DNA from: Podarcis liolepis
Lineage: Eukaryota
Length of the DNA: 64,000 nt
Reading direction: 5' to 3' (one strand)
Assembly (NCBI GenBank): GCA_965112155.1
Contig: OZ218098.1
Below are positions 51,706-60,400 of this stretch, in pieces. Every line of letters begins with the position of its first letter. Positions within the stretch are counted from its first letter, which is position 1. Under the pieces are notes generated by a model. That model was given only the letters and a program-made list of their open reading frames with translations, made no database searches and had not been told where the DNA came from. The position numbers were made by a program, and so were the translations under genes.

Positions 51706-54228
51706 TACACCTTAATTAGGAGCTTGTGAAAAACTACGTAGGGAAGTGCTATAGCTCAGCGGTAAAGCATCTGCTTTGTATGCACAAATCCTTGGCATCT
51801 CCAGGTAGGGCTGTCATTGCCTCCTGGCCCCTGGAAAGTTGATGCTTCCAGTCAAATACTAAGCTAGATGGACCAAAACCCTGAACTCAGTACAAGACTG
51901 CATCCTTATGGTCTGCCCTGAATCAGATTCATTTAATGGCCTCAGATTCTAACATGAGAAGGGGAGAAAAACTCCCCCCCCATCTACTTTTCTCCACCAT
52001 GCCCCTCCAAGAACCTGCTTTTCCAGCTCAGCTTCTGCCCGATGCCTTTTCTTCATCTCCACCTCCACTTGGTTGCGGGCGTGTTTCAACTTCACTTCCA
52101 GGACCGAACATTCATACTCCGACTGGCGCAGCTTCTCCCTTGCTCCCTGCAAGTCGCAATCCAGGCGGCAGCATCGCTGGCGCATCCCCTCGAGACATTT
52201 GGCAATCTGGAGGCAGTCTAGAGAGGGCAGAAACAAGCATTGTGACGTCCACAAAGGTTCTCCATGAGGCAACAGCAATGAAAAGAGAACTAACTGTGTG
52301 GAGTGGACTCTTTCTAAGTAAATGAGTCTATTATTATTTTTTTCAAATTTTTTTTTTACTTTCCCAAATTTATAAAAAGAAATAACATTGCAAAACACAG
52401 AACAAAAGAAAACACATTACAATACAAAAGAAAAACATAAAAACAATTATTTCTTCCAAGATCCAATTTACCTTACATTGTTAGCTGACTTCCTTGAATC
52501 CCCCCAACTGAATTTCATTGTATCACCTTGTAACAGTTCTCCAAAGTCATATTTCTATTAAAATTAACGCCTTCCATTTACTATCCTCTTCTCTTTTATT
52601 AGTATTCTAATCCTTAATGTTTTACAACACATTCTTATAATAAATAACAACAACAACAATAATAATAATAATTTATTTATACCCCGCCCATCTGGCTGGG
52701 CTTCCCCAGCCACTCTGGGTGGCTTCCAAAAAAATATTAAAATACTATAATACATCAAACATCAAAAGCTTCCCTGAACAGGGCTGCCTTCAGATGTCTT
52801 CTAAAAGTCTGGTAGTTGTTGTTCTCTTTGACATCTGGTGGGAGGGCGTTCCACAGGGAGGGCGGCACTACCGAGAAGGCCCTCTGCCTGGTTCCCTGTA
52901 ACTTGGCTTCTCGCAGTGAAGGAACCGCCAGAAGGCCCTCGGTGCTGGACCTCAGTGTCCAGGTAGAACAATGGGGGTGGAGACGCTCCTTCAGATATAC
53001 TGGACCGAGGCCGTTTAGGGCTTTAAAGGTCAGCACCAACACTTTGAATTGTGCTCGGAAACGTACTGGGAGCCGTACGTACTTATTCTAGTCCTAAGCC
53101 TATTTGTTACTTCCAAGTGACTTCTAATTATCTTATATTACAATATTTAGCTAGATATTCTTTAAATTTCTTCCAATCTTCTTGTGTCTCCTCTTCTTTC
53201 TGGTCCCGGATTCTTCCAGTCAGGTTGGCCAGCTCCAAAAAGTCCAACATCTTCATATGCCATGTTAGTGGTGGGCAAGGTCAGAGGCATAAGAAGATAG
53301 AGGAACAGGTGTGGTCACCAGCCTTTGTACGGGAGAAGTCAGAGGCAAATAAGGGACATGGTCAGAGTTCAAGGGCATATGCCAGGCAGGCAAAAGCACT
53401 TGAGTGTGGTGATAGTTAGTTCAGCCCAGGAATAATCCTGAGGGCAAGACAGAGGGACCTGGAGGGCTGCATTTTGCCTCTGGGCCTGAGATTGTCCACC
53501 CCCTCTAGCAGGATATAAAGAAAGACAACCCTGGAACCTGTTTCCATGCATGGCTAAGTGCCAGGATGGACACACAAACTATTTTTGTAACACAAAACCG
53601 ACAACACCAAGAAATGCTCACAAAAAAAAAAAAAAAGAAATGCTCACAAACACAAAACAAAGCCAGGCGACAAATCAAAGGAAGTGGGAGCTGTTGTCAT
53701 GGCAATGTGAGCCCAAGAATGAGCAGCAGGGGGGTGCTTTTATTCAGTTCAGTAACAACATAATTACAAGCAATCTAAATATATCAGCAAGCTTAGTACT
53801 GTAATGCCATTAACATCCAAATAATGAACAGCTACATACTTGTCAGCCAAGCCCAGTCTCTCTGCATTGACTGGGCAGAACAACAAAAGGGTGTTCTGTT
53901 AACACTTACTTCTTAACTGGGCAATGGGTGAGAATGCAGTTTGAAAGTTTTCTGCACTTCAGATAAAATTTGTATTTTACAATGGAACATAATCTCCAAA
54001 ATCACTGAAGATTCATGGAAGCGGGGGGGGGGGGTCAGGCTGCAGCCCCCAAGGCACTGTGTGCATTGCTTAATGCACATCAAGCACCATTAGCAATATG
54101 TTCAGATTTGTCAAAGGCAAAGGAAGGAGAACCTTGGCCAACCCACCTAGTTCGATGCTGCTGTTGAACTCTATGAGGCTCAAGAGCTGGTCCATGTGGC
54201 GCATCAGCTGCGGGTACAGGCGATTCAT
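39805..54228 (-). CDS. Rac GTPase-activating protein 1-like (RACGAP1/MgcRacGAP/CYK4 paralogue): coiled coil + C1 + RhoGAP, about 612 aa
   Basis: 15 minus-strand coding exons: 54228-54147, 52217-52015, 50602-50466, 49106-49031, 46670-46590, 46238-46121, 45210-45044, 44359-44204, 43938-43843, 43002-42801, 42700-42595, 41840-41708, 40853-40742, 40599-40485, 39859-39805 (TGA); total 1839 nt, no internal stop. Motifs LEVKLKHARNQVEVEMKKR, SDISFD, C1 domain HHFTSKT..CAVC..CRPC..HPEC..C, GLYRVPG, LKDFLRSLKEPL, NRDTLAFL, NLARIFGPTLVGH, EQENL, C-terminal KTGKFFPLPVS. The low-complexity exon 46670-46590 is the least certain. Confidence 0.9.
48430..48776. mobile_element. Tc1/mariner (Tc2-like) MITE
   Basis: Right end atacacgaaaaaatatgg|ta resembles the CCGTATTTTTCG-type TIR; left end ta|ccgggtataa is partly deleted. 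Confidence 0.6.
49349..49400. repeat. 27-bp tandem duplication
   Basis: actgctatttaatcaagtttattg occurs twice, separated by ttc. Confidence 0.9.
49575..49791. mobile_element. Tigger-like MITE, same family as 37399-37624, opposite orientation
   Basis: TA-flanked; left TIR cagtggtacctc; interior is the reverse complement of the 37.4 kb copy (gcttcaggatgagaacagaaatcg, ccccattagctaaagtggtgcttcaggttaagaacagtttcagg); right TIR has a short deletion. Confidence 0.88.
49803..49965. mobile_element. hAT-type MITE
   Basis: Perfect 8-bp TSD ttctcaat (49795-49802 and 49966-49973); imperfect TIRs cataggagccaact / agttggcacccctg. Confidence 0.85.
50024..50109. repeat. Compound (GT)n(GA)n(GAAA)n microsatellite
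   Basis: Directly visible. Confidence 0.95.
51669..51705. repeat. (AAT)n tail of a short retroposon remnant
   Basis: Follows tgtaagccgctctga...gggcggggtataaat. Confidence 0.85.
51741..51910 (+). mobile_element. tRNA-derived SINE (same family as 15477-15648)
   Basis: gctatagctcagcggtaaagcatctgctttg...ggcatctccaggtagggctg...gctagatggacc. Confidence 0.65.
52325..53257 (-). mobile_element. L1-clade LINE 3' fragment, interrupted by an L2-type insertion
   Basis: Minus strand 53257-53129 translates MKMLDFLELANLTGRIRDQKEEETQEDWKKFKEYLAKYCNIR*, resembling the ORF2 end of the 7.8-9.6 kb L1; T-rich 3' UTR and A-rich tail continue at 52640-52325. Confidence 0.7.
52640..53077 (-). mobile_element. L2/CR1-superfamily LINE 3' end (young copy)
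   Basis: ORF 52755-53042 [20 protein letters not shown]...AFSVVPPSLWNALP...FRRHLKAALFREAF* is a typical L2-type ORF2 C-terminus; short 3' UTR and a (TTA/TTG)n tail. Confidence 0.85.
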
Positions 54229-54539
54229 CCTGCTAAAGATACAAGGGTCGAGAGGGAAGCAAAGGCACTCTGGGATTCAAAGACCAGTTAAGGGAGTGAA
54301 GAACAGGCAACGCCCAAGTATGTGTACGCCCCAGCCCCGTAGGGGCCCAACACCTTTAGTGTATGCGAAACACTAACAAAGAAATAGCTTCTCCTGAGCA
54401 TGTACAGAGAGAGTCTTTGCTATGTCACTTCCACCCAACCCCTGCACTTTTAGAGCAGCTTCCAGAAATGAGGCCTGATATGCCTTGAAGAGGAGGCCTA
54501 GGAACCACTTTACATTTTCTTTTTCTAAGAAAACATCCT

Positions 54540-55480
54540 CAGCAAAGGCGCGGGGGCGGGGCGGGGAAGGAGAACGTCTTATATCCCACTTACATGTTAC
54601 TAGGGTATAGAGACTCCAGTCAGGCGAATATGGAAACGCATTGACTGCTCACCGAACAAATTACGAGCATCAATGAATCAGCACCTGAGGTAACAAGCCA
54701 TATTACTGCAGCCACCCACACAAAGCATCCTCCGCCATCTAAGAACCGCTGGGTGAGCCGCGGCGTGTTTTAAGCAACCCGCCTACTTAGAAAGCGCCAC
54801 CTATCGCCGGGATTAAAGCCGGGAGCCAATTCGGCCTCTTTTTAAGGAGGGACGGGGATCTCGGCAACAGACCCCCCTCCGCTCTCAGCCTTTATTTTCT
54901 GCTCAGCTACCAGCGGCCCCTCCAAAGTTGTTGCGCCTTCTCAGCCCCCTCTGGCTGCGGGTGGCTAGGCCTCGTCCTTAGCAAAGATGTGGGTACACTG
55001 GCTCTTTAACAGGTGAGGGGGTTCCCCCCCCCGCCCAGACCTGATTGGCAAAGCATCCCAAGCCCATCGCTCCAAAGGCAGTCGCGTAGGAGAGTTTCTC
55101 TAGGTGGAGATTTCTGTGCCATTTTAAGAAGAGGGAGCGCGTCTCCAGGGGGCTGAAAGAGCACGTGCGGAACCCCATCTCCTCCGGTACCTCCCCCCCC
55201 CCCCGGCTTGGAACAGTTGGGCCACGAAGCTTCCGCGACCTTCCTGAAGTCGGGGGAGGCTCCATTCCGGAGCAGGTGGGCGCCACCTTTTCGCCTATAC
55301 CTTTAAGCCCAAGATGCTCGCATTACCAACGGCGTTCCTCCTCGCGAGGGGCCGCTGTCCATCCATCTGCACTTTCGGCATCTGCTCCCTGCAGGCAATA
55401 CCCGTCCGCCCCCAACCACGTGCACATTCCCCGGCCACTCAAGACATCACGCCGTGCTTCTGAGGAAGGGGCCTGCAGCC
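54540..55480. promoter_or_regulatory. CpG island / putative promoter of the RACGAP1-like gene
   Basis: CpG-rich stretch about 0.3-1.2 kb upstream (minus-strand sense) of the ATG-bearing exon, which starts with a splice acceptor, so a non-coding first exon is required. GC box near 54552; CCAAT boxes near 54825 (gccaat) and 55043 (gattggc); candidate minus-strand donors at 54588-54593 and 54647-54652. Confidence 0.7.
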
Positions 55481-56356
55481 CCTGAAACTTTGGCTTTACT
55501 TCTTTTAAGGTGGTGCTAGTCTCCTTGATATCATTTTCCCATCTCCAGCGTACCTGGGCATTTTGTTCAGGGGTGTGATTGGGTCAGGGGTCCTGGAATC
55601 ACTACCCACTCCGATTCTGCAGGGGGGGGCCTGCCACTTTCTGGGATTTCTGGTTTGTTGGACTTCCTTCGACGTTCAGAGGCGCAGCACCTTCAGCACA
55701 TCCTTCCCTGTCCTTCCTTTAGCATTCCTATCCAGCGATAACTGGGTCCCTCTGGTACTCTCTCCATTCCACTAGGCTTCCATCATGCCCACTATAGCTA
55801 TGCTTGCCTTGAAACCCCAGCACTCCAGTTTGCCCATCTTGGCTCTTGAGTATTCTAGCAAGGTAAGTCGCTGCCTCTTAACCTAACCTCACATGGTTGT
55901 GAGGATTAAATAAGGATGGGGAGAAGTAGGTACATCATATATTGAGCTCCTTGGAGAAAAAGGTAGGAGATAATGATGATGGTGGTGATGACGACGACGA
56001 TATAAACATGGTTTCTCTCTCCCAAAGGTCTCAGCCACCTGCACTTTCATTACCTAGTTCTATTCCACCCCTATTTGGGCAATACCAAACAGTTTCACTC
56101 CCATCCTTTAAGGATGATTTATTCTGGACCGGATGCCGCTCAGCACCTGCCAGCTTTCCTCCAGCCACCTTTTCAGCTGAAGAGCTATCCTAATAAGGGT
56201 AGGCCAAGTCCAAAGGAGGAAAGTGCTGAGAGTGGCAAACACTGGGTTGGGGGAGCAGGGTGCTTCATCCAGACTAGCAGTGCTCAGCTAGCAATGCCAC
56301 ACTCTCGAAAGCAGAAAGTGAGAGGCCTGGCAGCCATCTGGGTCTGAGAACATTGT

Positions 56357-56466
56357 CATGGGTGCAGCTGCCTGCCCCCCTAAATCAATAGAAATACTTA
56401 ACTGAGGTTCTGCCCCCCTAACATGAAGCCTGCCCGCCCCCAACATGAATCCTGGCTATGCCCATG
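56357..56466. mobile_element. hAT-type MITE
   Basis: Perfect 8-bp TSD aacattgt (56349-56356 and 56467-56474); termini catggg...cccatg; internal tgcccccc repeats. Confidence 0.8.
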
Positions 56467-57448
56467 AACATTGTGTACAGGGTTTAAACCCAGATCCCAC
56501 TTACAATAATAGGGGCCATTCCAGGATTATGTGAAATACTTAACTATTACATTTTGATATGGTAGGAATTCATTTGAACATTAAGTGGGATTAAGTTTAA
56601 AAAACAAATAAGAAATGTATTGTGGCACATGGGTGGAAAACCTTTTTCAGACCAAAGACTGTTGAGTGCGTGCACAAACACACCAGGAACAATAACTCCA
56701 TCAAAAAAAGAAGATTGCATGTTGTAGGGTAGAAGCAAGGATTTTAATAGCCACCACCAAGCTGTGACAATTTCATTCTTAAACACCTGAGTATTGGGAA
56801 CCCAGGGAAGAGTAAAGTCGATGCAATCAGTCAGCCAGTTCTGAGGGACACTGGCTAACAGTAACTACTCCTACCCCACCCTCCACTCCTCAGATCCACT
56901 GCAAGAATCAATCAGGCACAGAATGCGGTGCAAAGCTTTGCAAGGATTCACAGGAGAAGATTGCAGAGCAATCTGATACCAGTAAATGGTATCAGAGGTG
57001 ATTTGGGTACAGGGAGATCCACCAGATGATCAGCCAAGGCACAAACAAGGTTGATGTTAAGTGCTTAGTCTTCACAGTCTATCCAGACGAAGTTTCAGGA
57101 GTGGTGATCAAGGTTTGCTTAAAGCATGGGCAACCCAGTGTTTTGGTTTGTGGGCTACATTCAGAGTTGGCCAACCCTTCGTGGGCCACGTTCTAGCAGC
57201 CATCAGAGCCAAAATGGCCACCAAACACAGACTCACTCCACATGTATACAAACTCAGTACACAGCACACACTCTCACTTGCATACACACAGAAGAGAAAC
57301 GAGACCTCCGGGGCTTGGTGGAGAGCTTTGAACCTCTCCTCTTCAGCCCAGCATTGCAACGGGGAGGAAGGTGGGGCAGATGGACCACTGCAAATAGTCT
57401 TGGAGGGCTTGATCCAGTCTGTGGGCTTGTGACCCCCCCCCCACTGCC

Positions 57449-60400
57449 TTAAAGCTTTGTCCGTCTGTCAAGAAGCTCCAGGTCAATGGGTCTGTCAGGA
57501 ACAAGCACAATCCGAGAGAGGGGCTTCACCTCTGTACACCGTGGACCTGGTCTGATTAAGAATATCCGGATAAGCTGGAAAGAGAAAAGCTTGACTTATT
57601 TGGGGGCAAAGCTTCATTCCCACCCACCATACACAAGTAATCAAATATGCCTACAGCTGTGATGACCTCTTGGGCCACAGAATTGCCCTGTTTCTGGTTT
57701 GTTTATTATACTGTATTCATTTTCTGCCCTTCTTCCCAAAGGACACCCCCTCTGGCCCCACAGAAGTAACTCACCCTGGCAAGAGCCAAATGCATCTCGA
57801 GCTCAGCAATGCGGCGCCCCAGACAGGCACGCACCCCATAGCCAAAGGGGATGGAGCTGAAGGGGTGGGGAGGCAAGTCCCTCTGATCTCGCAGCCAGCG
57901 ACGTGGCAGGAAGCGCTCTGGTTCCGGGAAGCTGGACTCATCATGCGAGAGAGCGTAATGGGCCAAAACAAAGAGGGTCTGGAGGGGCCAGTGGGAAGCA
58001 CAGAGAGTTAGCAAATGACAAAGACTTTGCTCTCCGACAGCCGATTCCCCTTAGCAACATAAGGGCTGGTGGCAAAGTAATATTCTTGCCATGCAGTTTA
58101 CCATTTCCCATCAGGGCAGCTTAACCAATGCTAACCCATTCTGACATATGTACATACAGCCTTCACCTAGTTCAAGCCTTGCATTCCCCCACTGTTGTTT
58201 TTCCCCATCATGAACTGCCTATATGTCAAGATTCAGTGACAGCCCCATCCCTTTTATTCCATATCCACTTCTGGCCACTAACAAATGCCTCGAGTTGCAA
58301 CATCAGGAATACATTACTACTCACATCCCTTGGAAATTTGTATCCTCCAACAACAACATCGTCTTCTGCGATGATTCGGGCATTGGCGGGGACCACAGGG
58401 TAAAGCCTATAAGGACATTAGTGGAGGGAGGGCTGTCACTGTGCATCAGAACAAAGGAAGGCTCTTCAGATGCTACAGAAGCATAAATGGGAAATGGGTG
58501 GAACCGCTCTGGGCAAGATGAAGCCCTGGGAGCCACAAAGTCCAGGCCTGTGATCTTGCTCCTTGGAACAATGAGAAAGGCCCCTTACCTAAGAGTCTCC
58601 TTGATCACTGCCTTAAGCAGTGGCATCCTGGTGAGGTCCTTGGCCTCAGGGATCTGATCTTCGGGTACCACACTGATCAACTCCTGGTATAAGGCTTCCT
58701 GGACCTCCATGTCTCTGGCCAGGTGATACATGGCCCATGAAAGGGTATTTGATGTCTGAAAGGGCAAAGCAAAGCGGTGAAGATGCTACATCCAGGCAGC
58801 AAAGGCAGGAGAAAATCTTGGAATGATATATGTGACCATCCCAAAGAATCAGACAGTGACTAGCCTGTGGCAGTCAAATCTCTTCCAAAAGCTTATCATG
58901 AAGGAACACAGCAGTTTGCTATATTTTTACATTTCCCATATTTTTTTAAAAAAATGTGTATTGAGGGATGCAGGGCAAGGAGACATCATGGTCCTCCACC
59001 CCCCACCCAAGAGCCACCTAACACCAACTGCTCTGTGGGTTGGCTCCTGATGGTTTGTTTTATTTATGTAGTGTGATATTGCTTGTAAGCTGCATTTTTG
59101 GTCATTACATTTTGGGGTGGGCACTCAAGTAAGGAAGGCTAAGAAGTCAATGTCCTACCGTGTCTACGCCAGCCAGGAGTAGCTCAGCTATGCTGCCATA
59201 TATCTCTTCATGGCTAATCCGCCCACTGGACAGTAGGTAAGTTAGGTAGCCTGAGACAACCTCACCCTTCTCCAGAGACTTCTCAACCTCCAGCATCTTC
59301 TGATCGATCAGCTTTTTCCCTGGAGTAATTAAATAGCATCTGTTACCATGGGAACACATGTCTGGCCTGATCATTCCTGCATCCTCCACACAGGCTGGGT
59401 ATCTACCACTCACCTTTGGCCTACTGTTACCATGGGGACACAATCCTGGGACTGTTCCTGACAGCATTTACCACGTGGGCCGGATATCTACCACTCACCT
59501 TTGACTTCTTGGCCTACTGGCACAGGCACTTGAGGAAGCTTAGATTACGAATCTTCCCACTCTCAAGAGAGAAAGTGAGGGATGATTGACCGGTAATTCC
59601 AGAGTTGTCCCCACTCTTGACATACCAAAGGCAAAGATTGTGTCCCAGCCCTGCAGATAGCGGTTCCAGAAAGGCAGCACATCCCGGGTCCACTTGGGCA
59701 GGATAGTAACAAAGATGGAGTTCTTCAGCATGTACCCAATTGCATGGATAAAGTTCTGTGTTTCAGCAGGGATCTGCTTTTCCAAACAGCCAATGCGGGT
59801 CTCAAATAGGATGTAGGAGATGCCTGGAAGCAGAAAGCACAGGTGGGAAGACTTGAGGAAACGGCCCTGATATCCCATCACAGAACTATAATCACATTAG
59901 AAAGAATATCTCCAAAGGGTTTGCTTGTACTTGGAACAATATATTAATTGTGGACTGTCAGACCGAAAGTATTGGAATGAGCTTGGCTGCTGGGAGAGGA
60001 GGGTATATGATGGCTGCCACGTTTAGCTGGGCAATTGTTTTTTTTGCCTATCTCTCCAGGGATGGCAGTGTCTATCCAGCTACAAGTTGTGTACTTTTAA
60101 AAGACTGGACTTTTCAGGATAAGCTGTTACATATTAACACCAAAAACATGGATCCCCATTGTGGCAGACACAAAAACTTCTAACTATCCCTTCCTTTGCC
60201 ATTTTTCATCTGACTATACTCCCCACAGAGTTGGTCTGCTTTCTGGAGTGGGGAACTTGTGGCTCTCCAGATGTTGCTGAACTACAACTCCCATCATTCC
60301 TGATCGTTGGCCATGCTGGCTGGGGCTGATAGGAGTTGGAGTCCAACACCTTCTGAAGGGCCATAGATTTCCCCAGTGCTAGATCAAACAAGGTATACAC

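Noticed and set aside
39805-54228. Calling the gene RACGAP1 itself or a processed pseudogene
   Set aside because: It is too divergent from canonical RACGAP1 and in the wrong syntenic context, and it has 14 coding introns with an uninterrupted frame.
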